Assembly: GCF_009914755.1 (NCBI RefSeq) | Contig: NC_060933.1 | Origin: the human T2T-CHM13v2.0 reference genome, Homo sapiens | Direction: 5' to 3' (one strand) | DNA length: 64,000 nt | Part shown: in pieces, positions 12,016 to 27,636 of the stretch | How positions within the stretch are numbered: position 1 is the stretch's first letter | Layout of the letters: every line of letters starts with the position of its first letter | Notes under the pieces: generated by a model | Database searches by the model: none | What the model was told of the DNA's origin: nothing | Seen by the model: the letters and a program-made list of their open reading frames with translations, nothing else | Made by a program: the position numbers and the translations under genes

Positions 12016-14338
12016 GGGGTAGAAAAAGCTGTCTAAATGGCATTCTACCTTCTGTCTCATTTTTTTGTAAAGCCAGAATTAAACAAGTCCAGACAGACAA
12101 GAAACTGTCTTAATTCTAAATGACCTTAGTAAAGAAAATTCTAAAGTGTATTACCTTCTATTTCAAAACTGTGCTAAGGTAAAACTATGCTTGTTCGAAG
12201 AGAGCAACTTTTTGACAACTGGTTCAGAAAACATTTATTTTTCCTTCCTGTCAATGCAGAGAATTATAAGGCTGAATACACTGTGAGTGTAATTATCCAG
12301 ACTCTTATTGTTAGGTCAACCATCCTGGCAAACTAAGCACTCTGTGTGCCCAGAGACAATCTTTCTTTTAAGAACACCACTAAGTTCCTGCCTAAAGATA
12401 GGTAACAGCCTTTCCAAGTGCAACAGAGATTTCATGGAGAAAAAAAAAATGTCAAAATAAATAAATAAATAAATCTACATAAACTGGTGGGTTTTATGAA
12501 TTTCCATTGTGATTTTCTTTCTACTTCTGACTTTAGTATCAAGTATTCTATATGATTGTTTCATATAAAATAAGGACTACTTTAAAAATATTTACTCCCA
12601 AGTATTTCAAAAATCATAACTCACTCTCCCTTTAGGGAGGATGTTCCAGCTAAGAATTTATACCTTGGGTTTTATAAATATAATTTCATTGATTGGGTGG
12701 CATTTTGTAATGCAGAGATATTTGTAATTTTTAATTCTTTGTGATTCCATAGCATATGCGAACATCTCTATTTTGTTCAGTTCTGCCTAAACTTTATGTT
12801 ACTACTATGTGGCACTCATTACATTAAGGGCTGGGAATACAAAAATAAATAAAATATAGACAACACATTATTAGCTGCTCATGAGAATGTTATGTCCAAA
12901 ATTAAACTGGGCTTGTAGTATACAAGAGAGTGTACATGGCACCCTGAGGTTCTTTCATTAGGAGACTTACATGGAAGAAGTAAGAAAACTTCATTACCTA
13001 TATTTTATGCAGACCTAGATTCTGTATATTTTATACTGGTCTGTGATTCCTGTGTACATGATGAGACATGAATCTCTGTTATGTCTCAGATGTAGATCTC
13101 TAGGCTGGTCTTCTTAGGGTTCAAGTTGGCATATCAAAGGGTCTAATCAAAAAAGAACTGTGGGAGAGCCTGTAGCCAGATCCTCACTACCCTCAAGTTC
13201 TTTGGTTCTTGATAGGAAAGGAGAGAACTTTTGTGCCTAGTGTGTCTTGATCCAGAGCCTCTCTCAAAAACAAGTGTAAATGTTAATGGTATAACACAAA
13301 TTCCATCATGCTTTCTACTTTTTTATATATTATGAGTTAACACATCTATTCATAGGAGTTTTGGGTCATTGATGTTACTGAATTTTCTATTTGGAGCTAC
13401 ACACAGATATAAAGAAATGGAAAGGAAGTCATTCATGCATCTTTTCTGGAATCAATTATCTCAGAGTCTGACTGATTAGTATCTTCAAATGCTATCACAG
13501 TTGATTGCAGAACCTTGAGAATAAAGGTATAGGTGGTGCAGGAACAATTATTGTTCTTACTGTGAACTCTGATTTTTTTTTTTCAGGTTTCAGAAGGAAG
13601 AGCCTAAAGGAAAATGTAGGTCAAGTGCTTTTATCCTGTGAAACTTTTAGAAGAGCAATCATAAAATCACAGTGACTGGCCCTGATTTTCAGTGATGGAA
13701 AAAGAAGAGCAATAGGTGAAAAAGCAATAGACAAGTATTTTTAAGTAGTATTTTAAAATATATAGCAGCAAATATAAGTTTTTTTAAAATTAGGAATATA
13801 TTTGATTGATTTAGTCTAATTTGACTTTGGCTTATTAAATTTGGCTTTCTATGTTACTAATTCTGGTTACTATCATATTAATGTGTCAAAGTGGGAAAAG
13901 AAAAAACTAAAACATATGTTTGTAAGGCATCATGTTTAATGTGCTACAAGTCTCTAATTAACATACAACCCTTCACAAAACAATTATTTCCAAGCCTGTA
14001 AATGTTTAAGAGGATAGGGCTGCTTTGCTCATTACTGTAATTATTGTAAAATCAGGTTTACTAAATTTCTTATTTATAGGTATTATATTAATTTTAAAAA
14101 ATTATTTATAACAATTTAAAGTACCCTATTATCTCAAAAGCAGATCTTTCTTTTCTAAATGAATTTATATTTCAAGAATAACGTTATTTTAGTTGGGACA
14201 GTATCCATTTAGTTAATATTATAATTAAATATCTAATGAAACTTTCTATTGTATTAGAATTGGCTATGATAAATCTGCAATTCCAATACATTAAAATTGT
14301 TACAAATATGACTGGAGTATATGTGTGACCTGAAAAGG

Positions 14339-16671
14339 CAGGCATATCTTGTTTTATTGTGCTTCAGTTTATTGCATTTTGCAGATGCTGCATTTTTACA
14401 AATTGATGCTTTATGGCAACCCTCTGTCAAGCAAGTCTATTGTGGCCATTTTCCAACATCATGTGGTCACTTCCTGTGTCACATTTTGGTAGTTCTCACA
14501 ATATTCAATCTCTTCACTATTATTATGCCTGTTACGGTCATCTGTGATAAGTGATCTTTGACATTATTATTGTAATTATTTGGGGGTGATACAAACTGGA
14601 CCCACATAAGATAGTGAACTTAATAAATATTATGTATGTTCTGACTGCTTCACTGACTGGGTGTTCCCCCATCTCTCTCCCTTTCCCTATTCACTAAAAC
14701 ACAAGAATACTGAAATTATGCCAAATAATAAATCTACAGAGGCCTCCAGGTGTTTGAGTGAAAGGAAAATTTGCACATCTCTGATTTTAATTCAAAAGCT
14801 AGTAATAATTAAGCTTAGTGAGGAAGACATGTTGAAAGCCGAGACAGGCTGAAGGCTAAACCTCTTGAAGCAAACAGTTAGCCAAGTTGTGAATGCAAAA
14901 AAAAAAAAAAAGTTATTGAAGGAAATTAAAAATGTTACTGCAGTGAACATACAAATGATAAAAACATGATACAGTCATTGCTGGTATGGAGAGAGTTTCA
15001 GTGGTCTGCATACAAGATCAAGCCAACCACAACATGCCCTTAAACCGAAGCCTAATCCAGAGCAAGACCCTAATGCTCTTCAATTCTCTGAAGGCTGAGG
15101 GAGTTGAGGAGCCTGAAAAAGAAAAGTTTGAACTTAGCAGAGGTTGGTTCATGAGTTTAAGGAAAGAAGCTGTTGCTATAACATAAAAGTGCAAGGTGAA
15201 GCAGCAAGTGGAGATGTAGAAGCTGTATCAAGTAATCCAGAAGATCTAGCTAAAAGAACTGATGAAAGTGGCTATACTAAACAGTCTTTCAATGTAGACA
15301 AAACAGCCACAGTGGTCTATTGCAAGAAGATGCTGTCTAGGATTTTAATAACTAGACAGGAGAAGTCAGTGCCTGGTTTCAAATCTTCAAAAGACAAGCT
15401 CTCTTGCTAGGGGCTTACGCAGCTGGTGACTTTAAGTTGAAGCCAATGCTTATTGACAATTCTGAAAATCCTAGGGCCTTTAAGAATTATGCTAAATCTA
15501 CAGTGCCTGTGCTCTGTAAATGAAAAAACAAAGCCAGTATGATGGCACATCTGCTTACAGCATGGTTTACTGAATATTTTAAGTCCACTGTCCAGATCTA
15601 TCCTTTGAAAATATTACTGCTCATTGACAATGCACCTGGTCACCCAACAGCACTAATGAAAATATACATGGAGATTAATGTTGTTTTTATGCCTGCTAAC
15701 ACAATATCCATTTTGTAGTTTATGGATCAAGGATTAATTTTGATTTTCTATGACTGACACTTTAAGAATACATTTTATGAGGCTATAGCTGCCATAGATA
15801 GTGACTCCTCTGATGGATCTGGCAAAGTAAATTGAAAACCTTCTGGGTAGGATTCGCCATTCCAGATGCCATGAAGAACATTCATGATTCATGAGAGGAG
15901 GTCAAAATATCAACATCATTAAAGGGTTTAAAGAAGTTGATTCCAGCCCTCATGGATAACTTTGAGAGATTCAAGACTTCAGTGGAGAAAGTAACTGCAG
16001 ATAAGGTGGAAATAGCAAGAGAACTAGAATTAAAAGTGAAGTCTGAATATCTGACTGAACTGCTGCAATCTCATAATAAAACTTGGATGAGGAGTTTCTT
16101 CTTATGCTTGAGAAAAGGAAGTGGTATACTCCTGGTGAAGATGCTGTGAACATTGTTGAAACGACTTCAAAAAACTTTCAAATATTACATAAACCTTGTT
16201 GATAAAGCAGCAGCAGTGTTTGAGAATATTGACTCCAGCTCTGAAAGAAGTTCCACTGTGAATAAAAATGCTATCAAACAGCTTCACAAATGATAGGCAA
16301 ATCTTTCATGAAAGAGTCAATAAGTGACACACTTCATTGTTTCATTACTTAAGAATTTGTCACAGAGACCAGAACCTTCAGCAACCACCACTCTGACCAG
16401 TCAGCAGACATCAACCTCCAGACAGGACCCTCCACGAGCAAAAACATTATGACTCACTGAAGATTAGATGATACTTAGCTTTTTTTTAGCAATATAGTAT
16501 TTTAATTGAGGTACTTAAATTGTTTCTTAAATATAATGTGATTGTACATTTAATAGACTATAGCATATTATGTACATAACTTTTCTATGCACTGGGAAAT
16601 CAAAAGTTCATGTGGCTCACTTTAGTGTGGTGGTCTGGAACTGAACCCACAATATCTCCCAGGTATGACAG
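14339..16671 (+). mobile_element. Tigger1 DNA transposon (Tc1/mariner-pogo), near full length, transposase disrupted
   Basis: Termini caggcatatcttgttttattg ... aatatctcccaggtatgacag. ORF fragments 14661..14852, 14986..15186 and 15144..15410 match Tigger1 transposase (SERK..SL.L.QKL..IKLSEE; SLIQSK; [10 protein letters not shown]; FNVDK; PGFK.SKD). Confidence 0.95.
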
Positions 16672-18220
16672 CAGCACAAAAATTGTCGGGCTGCAGTAAA
16701 TTTTTTGGCACTGACTTCAAATTTGAGCCATGTCAGGACATTTTATTTGAATTTTTGGAATGCAAAATGTTTATGAAAATGTTCATGAAAATGTTCTAGT
16801 TTGAAGTAATATATTGCATTGTAAGATTTTATTAATTGTAGTGTAATGTTTTGAAAATAGCTTGATTGGGAGAGAGGTATGTGTTGAAATTTGAGGGTAT
16901 CAAATAGCTGGTATAAACGGAAATGTAAAGGGAGGGACAGAGGCTATATGAACTGGGAAGGCCAGTCATATTTGTTTTACTGATTTCATTATTTTGCCTT
17001 TAACTGGCCCAGTAGACAGATATCTGGACACACCTCTTAGAAAATTTGGTGCAATGGAGGGGAGAAAAGGCAATACAGAATAAATGGAGAAGTATTGGGA
17101 GAATCACTCTACCTTATCTCTTAGGGTCCCAACTAATTCATTAGAGAATGAAGGTGTTGGACTTGTTCAGTGGTGTTTAACTATAATGTTTCCACACAAT
17201 AGCATACCATAAACAGTTATAAAATGTATCACAAGACATTTGCTTCCTAAGTAGTGGGATAATGTTTTAAAGTGTTACGAGATTTTTTTCCTTATCAGTA
17301 TTTTTCTTCTGCCATGATGATTAGTTTTTGACATAAGGACTTGCCTTACCAATGAGAAGAACAAATACTACCAAGGTCAAATAAGACGTAAGACTTAAGA
17401 ACAGTTTCTACCATAAAAGAATGAGAAATATAATGTTCTTTTTATGCTGGGGGAATAGATTGCAGGGGTGGATGTGGGGAAGAGGAGAGAGAGGGAGAGA
17501 GAGAGTACCAAGTAGTTAGATACAGCATCTTAGCTAATTGATCCTCTGCCCTTCCTTGGGGTTAACTTTTGGAGAAGGAGGAATAGAAAGTACCTGACAA
17601 GATCAGATTAATACTTTCTTCTCAAGAAGAAAAAATAAAATAAAGGAGTGTTCTTAGAATTCTGCCCGTACTTCCTCCCATCAGGTATTTTGAGTGAGAT
17701 AATCAATGCTTACCCTCACATTTGGTGACACATTTGCTCACCTAGGTGTCTTTAGGACTAAAATAACACAGTGTAGCCGTCTTGTAGGAACTAAGAGCCC
17801 AGAAAAATAGATAGAGATTTACTAGCATCAAGAATTACCTTCCCTACTTCTCTTCCAACTGCTCATGGCCAGTGAATTTTAATCTCAGAAGTGACTCTTA
17901 AAGCTGCTTGTCTCTGCTGAAGGAAAAGCCTTGGCCAAAAACTGTTTTGGTAGTGTTCCCAGTGCTTGGGGCTCTTCACCCAAGGATGCATCCATCTTCA
18001 CTATCCTGCACATTGAGACTGTCCATTCTACAGGTACACATAGGTCAAGCTGTAATATCCATTGAGAGATCTAATCATACTACATGCAGCCTTCAGCTTC
18101 AAACCTAAAAGTACCCATCACCTTTACTAGAAACAATCATCTCTTTTATCCCTTGTAAGAAAAAAATAATGTGTGGGAAGTTTTCTTTGCTTGGAGGTGA
18201 AAGCTACAGCTACTTACAAC

Positions 18221-18310
18221 TATATATATACATATATATATATATGCATGTACACATACACACACATATATATACGCACATATAGTTGTACATATGTATA
18301 CATATACACC
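18221..18310. repeat. (TA)/(CA) mixed microsatellite flanked by a 17-bp inverted repeat
   Basis: agctacttacaactata (18208-18224) and tatagttgtaagtagct (18311-18327). Confidence 0.92.
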
Positions 18311-18399
18311 TATAGTTGTAAGTAGCTATAATTCATTTATTTTGATTCTTGTTTCATATTTTATGTTATAAATAAACAATGTATTGTATCTTCCTTCAC

Positions 18400-19760
18400 A
18401 CAAGTTATCAGGACTTAATTATAAACTCTACTAATAAAGATAGTATGTAAGTGGCACAGGGATAGAAAACTGGCTGATGAAATAGAACAGAAAATCAAGA
18501 AGTAAGCTTATGCATTCACATTTAGGTACAGCAGAAGTGGCCTGTCTTATCAGTAAGAAAATGTGGGAGGATTCAAAAAATGGAACAGGAAAAATGGCTA
18601 TCTTGCAAAAATAAAATCATCTCCAGATAAATTAAGGACTTGAATATTAAAAACAAACTGTGAGCATCTTAGTAGAACATATTGGTGAACATATTTTAAG
18701 CACAAAAAAGCACTGACAATATTTGACAATATTAAAATTAAGAAATTTGGCTTGTCAAAAATAATCCTAAGTGAAAACATGTTATAAATGGGGAGAAGTA
18801 ATCAGCAATAAACACAGCCAATGAGTACATTTTATGACGACTAGCTAAAGAAATACAAATTAGTAGATAAAAATCAACAACTCAAAGAAAAAAAATGGGG
18901 CAAATGCATGAAAAGGCATTTCACATCAGAGGAAACACACATGGCTAGTAAACATGTTATAAGATGTTTAACTTCATCCAAAGTGAGGGCAATGTAAATC
19001 AAGACTACTATGAGGTTTCACTTTAGTCACATTATATTGGCAAAAATTTAAAAAGCTTGAGTGTATGCAGTGTTGGAAGCCATATACACCTTCTATCTCT
19101 TATAAATTGCTTGCGGGGCTGTAAAATGCTAAAACCACTTTCACGTTATCTTATCAGTTTAGATGTTGACATATTCTATGAACCAACCAACAATTCTATC
19201 TATAAAGCCAAGGGAAACTCAGATGCATGTATACCAGAAGACATGTACAAGAATGTTTATAGCAACACTGTTCACAACAGCAAAACCTTAGAAACAACAT
19301 GTATGCTCATCAACAGGAGAGTTGATGAATATATTGCATATTTATATGATGGAATATGGAAAAACAATTTGAACAAAGTATAGCAAAATTTATTATATAA
19401 AAAACATGGATAGTATATTGTGAAATGAAAAATTATCCTAAATTGTTATCCATACTAATGTATCCTTTTTAATAAAGTTAAAAACAAATAAAATAATATA
19501 CTCTATTGAAACATATAAGTTAAAAAAACATAAAAAGAAAAGTAAGAGAATGATGAACTCAAGAATGCAGATAATGATTTATTTGGATGAAGGAGAAGAG
19601 GAAGCAGGTGTGATGGAGGAAGCAGAGGTGAAGGCCATAAGGCCAGAAATGAATTACAGTCAAGAACTTGACCTTTATTTTGGGTAGTATGTTCACAAAT
19701 GTTTATTAAATTAACGTGAACAATCACATAACTTTCAATAACATATGCATACATACATAA
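18400..19760 (+). mobile_element. Old L1M (L1ME-like) ORF2 3' part and 3'UTR
   Basis: Degenerate L1 motifs: gaaaaggcatttcaca..gaggaaacacacatggctagtaaacatg; acatgtacaagaatgtttatagcaacactgttcacaacagcaaaa. Confidence 0.7.
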
Positions 19761-19888
19761 AAGAAGGCCACGTGTGGATCAATTCGATTACTGTTAATCC
19801 AAGTCTAGGCACTAAGATCCTTAAACATTTTAGAAAGTAACATGTTTGCTCATGCTGGTTCTCTAAGTCTTTTAGAAAATCAAAATTA

Positions 19889-20901
19889 AGGGCAGTTCCA
19901 AGATGGCCGAATAGGAACAGGTCCAGTCTACAGCTCCCAGCGTGAGCGACACAGAAGATGGGTGATTTCTGCATTTCCAACTGAGGTACCGGGTTCATCC
20001 CACTGGCACTTGTTGGACAGTGGGTGCAGCACAACGAGCGTGAGCTGAAGCAGGGCGAGGCATTGCCTCACCCAGGAAGCACAAAGGGTCAGGGAATTCC
20101 CTTTCCTAGGAAAGCAAAGCTGTGACAGACAGCACCTGGAAAATTGGGTAACTCCCACCCTGATACTGTGCTTTTCCGACGGTCTTAGCAAACGGCACAC
20201 CAGGAGGTAATATCCTGCGCCTGGCTCAGAGGGTCCCATGCCCACGGAGCCTCACTTATTGCTAGCACAGCAGTCTGAGATTGAACTGCAAGGCAGCAGC
20301 GAGGCTGGGGGAGGGGCGCCTGCTATTGCTGAGGCTTGAGTAGGTAAACAAAGCAGCCAGGAAGCTCAAACTGGTTGGAGCCCACCACAGCTCAAGGAGG
20401 CCTGCCTGCCTCTATAGACTCCACCTCTGGGGGCAGGGCATAGCCGAACAAAAGGCAGCAGAAACCTCTGCAGACTTAAATGTCCCTGTCTGACAGCTTT
20501 GAAGAGAGTACTGATTCTCCCAGTGTGGAGTTTCAGATCTGAGAATGGTCAGACTGCCTCCTCAAGTGGGTCCCTGACCCTCAAATAGCCTAACTGGGAG
20601 GCACCTCACAGTAGGGGCAGCCTGACACCTCACACGGCTGGGTACCCCTCTGAGACGAAACTTCCAGAGGAACGGTCAGGCAACAAAATTTGCTGTTCAG
20701 CAATATTCGCTGTTCTGCAGCCTCCACTGCTGATACCCAGGCAAACAGGGTCTGGAGTGGACCTCCAGCAAACTCCAAAAGACCTGCAGCTGAGGGTCCT
20801 GACTGTTAGAAGGAAAACTAACAAACAGAAAGGACATCCACACCAAAACCCCATCTGTACGTCACCATCATCAAAGACCAAAGGTAGATGAAACCACAAA
20901 G
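19889..20901 (+). promoter_or_regulatory. L1 5'UTR internal sense/antisense promoter region; YY1 site at 19899-19908
   Basis: caagatggcc YY1 motif at the canonical position. Locally GC-rich, with many CpG-decay changes. Confidence 0.75.
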
Positions 20902-21917
20902 ATGGGGAAAAAACAGAGCAGAAAAACTGAAAATTCTAAAAATCAGAGCACCTCTCCTCCTCCAAAGGAATGCAGCTCCTCACCAGCAATGGAACAAAGC
21001 TGAACGGAGAATGACTTTGATGATTTGAGAGAAGAAGGCTTCAGGCAATCAAACTACTCTGATCTAAAGGAGGAAGTTCGAACCAATCTCAAAGAAGTTA
21101 AAAACCTTCAAAAAAATTAGACAAATGGGTAACTAGAAAAACCAATGTAGAGAAGTCCTTAAATGACCTGATGGAGCTGAAAACCATGGCACGAGAACTG
21201 CACGATGAATGCACAAGCTTCAGTAGCCGATGCGATCAACTGGAAGAAAGGGTATCAGTGATGGAAGACCAAATGAATGAAATGAAGTGAGAAGAGAAGT
21301 TTAGAGAAAAAAGAATACAAAGAAATGAACAAAGCCTCCAAGAAATATGGGACTGTGTGAAAAGACCAAATCTACATCTGACTGGTGTACCTGAAAGTGA
21401 CGGGGAGAATGGAACCAAGTTGGAAAACACTCTGCAGGATATTATCCAGGAGAACTTCCCCAACCTAGCAAGGCAAGCCAATATTCAAATTCAGGCAATA
21501 CAGAGAACGCCACAAAGATACTCCTCGAGAAGAGAAACTCTAAGACCCATAATTGTCAGATTCACCAAAGTTGAAATGAAGGAAAAAATGTTAAGGGCAG
21601 CCAGAGAGAAAGGTCGGGTTACCCACAAAGGGAAGCCCATCAGACTAACAGCTGATCTCTTGGCAGAAACTCTACAAGCCAGAAGAGAGTGGGGGCCAAT
21701 ATTCAACATTCTTAAAGAAACGAATTTTCAACCCAGAATTTCATATCCAGTCAAACTAAACTTCATAAGTGAAGGAGAAATAAAATCCTTTACAGACAAG
21801 CAAATGCTGAGAGATTTTGTCACGACCAGGCCTGCCCTACAAGAGCTCCTGAAGGAAGCACTAAACATGGAAAGGAACAACCAGCACCAGCCACTGCAAA
21901 AACATGCCAAATTATAA
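20902..21917 (+). pseudogene. L1 ORF1p, disrupted
   Basis: ATG GGG AAA AAA CAG at 20902; in-frame TGA at 21001; 1-bp deletion near 21110-21117; TGA at 21288. C-terminal part open (ORF 21357..21917, ...HQPLQKHAKL). Confidence 0.93.
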
Positions 21918-21980
21918 AGACCATTGATGCTAGGAAGAAACTGCATCAACTAACGAACAAAATAACCAGCTAACATCATA

Positions 21981-25800
<3,820 letters not shown>

Positions 25801-26738
25801 ACAATGGGAACACTTGGACACAGGAAGGGGAACATCACACACCGGGGTCTGTCGTGGGGTGGGGGAAGGGGGGAGGGATAGCATTAGGAGATATACCTAA
25901 TGTAAATGACGAGTTAACGGGTTCAGCACACCAACATGGCACATGTATACATATGTAACAAACCTGCACGTTGTGCACATGTACCCTAGAACTTAAAGTA
26001 TAATTATAAAAAAAAAAGAAAATCGAAATTCAGCTTTTTTTGCATATCTTGCCTCTGGTATGTGTTCATAATATCTTGAATATGGATATGAATTTTGGTT
26101 GCACTGATAATTGAAAGTTTATTAGCGATATAAAGAGACTTAGATGACTCTTTAGCTGCTATCTACTATTCACGCATACTGATAAAACAACAGAGCGTTG
26201 TCTTGAATGTGCAAATTTCCGATGGAGAGGTTTGTGTAATATCTGATTCTAGTTCTCCGGGATTTTAAGGCAGAATCAGGAATGGGGGAGGGAGACTAGT
26301 GCCAAGAAGAGGCAGAAATCCAGGGTAGAAGTAGCAGTTTGATGCGGCAAAGGGTCAAAATAGAACAAAGCCAGAATTCCAAATGTTGTAGCCGTCTTTC
26401 CTTGGTTAGATACCATTTCTTTCTCTAAAAATTTAGATATATAATCTTTGCTTCCATACCAGCCTACAGCATTTTTAATTAGTAAAAATTGTCCTAATTT
26501 ACAAAGAATAGAGAACATGGATGTGAATTTGAAATTGCTTGCTTTTCTGAAAATGACTAAACTTTATACCATTATATAAATATTCATTCCTAAGAATTCC
26601 ATATAGCAATTATTATAGTTTCTCTGATACCTCAATTAATAGGAATAACTATAGCACAGTTCTTACACATTAATTAGCTTTCAGGTATTATCCAGATTGT
26701 TTTCCTGTACTGACATCCATAGCCATGCTTCTCCCTTG

Positions 26739-26975
26739 AGAGGCAGTAGAGTGTAAACAGTGAGGGTGCGGATTCAGGAATCAGGTAGACCTGGGTTCAT
26801 ATTTGGCTCTGTCACTTAGCTATTTGGTATTAAGCAAGTAATTTAGCTTTTCTGCACTCTGGTTTCTTGATCTGCAATGTCAAGATAATAATAATAGTAT
26901 GTATTTGATTTTTCACATGTTTACAAGATTAGAAGTAACAGATGTAGAGCACTTAGCACAGACAAAGAGCTGAAC
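26739..26975 (+). mobile_element. MIR SINE
   Basis: agacctgggttca..tttggctctgtcacttagct..aagcaagtaatttagcttttctg..gtttcttgatctgcaa..gcacttagcacag. Confidence 0.8.
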
Positions 26976-27561
26976 ATATGACAATTAATAAAGGATGTAT
27001 TTAAATATAATTTTGTTCCAAGAAATGCTTATATAATGATATTTTGTTCTATAGATTTTTCCTAAACTTTGAGAAACTAATTTTCTACCTGAGAGAGGCC
27101 AAACTCAAAATCCTTCTCACTTTAGAAAATAAGCTGTAGAAACAGATTCTCGGTGGAATTGTATGTGTTTGGAAACCTATACATCAAACTAAAAATGATT
27201 AACTGAATAAAGAAAGAACATGGTTGTTTTTATTTCTTGATGGGATATCAACAACTCTGAGTGTAACTGTGTGATCCTTTTCACTAATACTCTGTCAATT
27301 CCTGTCAAAGCAGAAGAAAATGTGCTAGGCTGGTGTTGATGATTCACCCAGATCACTTAAACATCAATTTTTCAGGCACTTCTTATTACTTCTCTGTATT
27401 TTTCCCTGTGCAATTTTGAAATGGCTTCTATATTTTTTCTTTCCCCTCAGTTGAAAGCTAAACAGAAAACTAAATTCAAACACTCCCCATCCAAACAAAA
27501 TACCTTGGAACGTGTACTTGTGCAGCATGATATAACCAGAAACTTAGATATCTGTAATTCT

Positions 27562-27613
27562 TTAAAAAATAGTATAGTCTGAAGGTTAAAAAATAGTATA
27601 GTCTGAAGGTTAA
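27562..27613. repeat. Perfect 24-bp tandem duplication
   Basis: ttaaaaaatagtatagtctgaagg x2 (27562-27585, 27586-27609) plus ttaa. Confidence 0.96.
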
Positions 27614-27636
27614 GAAACATTTAAAAATTATGGAAT

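Noticed and set aside
6260-12025. TSD and intact PBS/PPT for the ERVL provirus
   Set aside because: Termini are too decayed. No convincing 5-bp duplication or tRNA-complementary PBS could be read.
25856-25877. G-quadruplex motif (also 56317-56339)
   Set aside because: Standard G-rich tract of L1PA 3'UTRs; not locus-specific.
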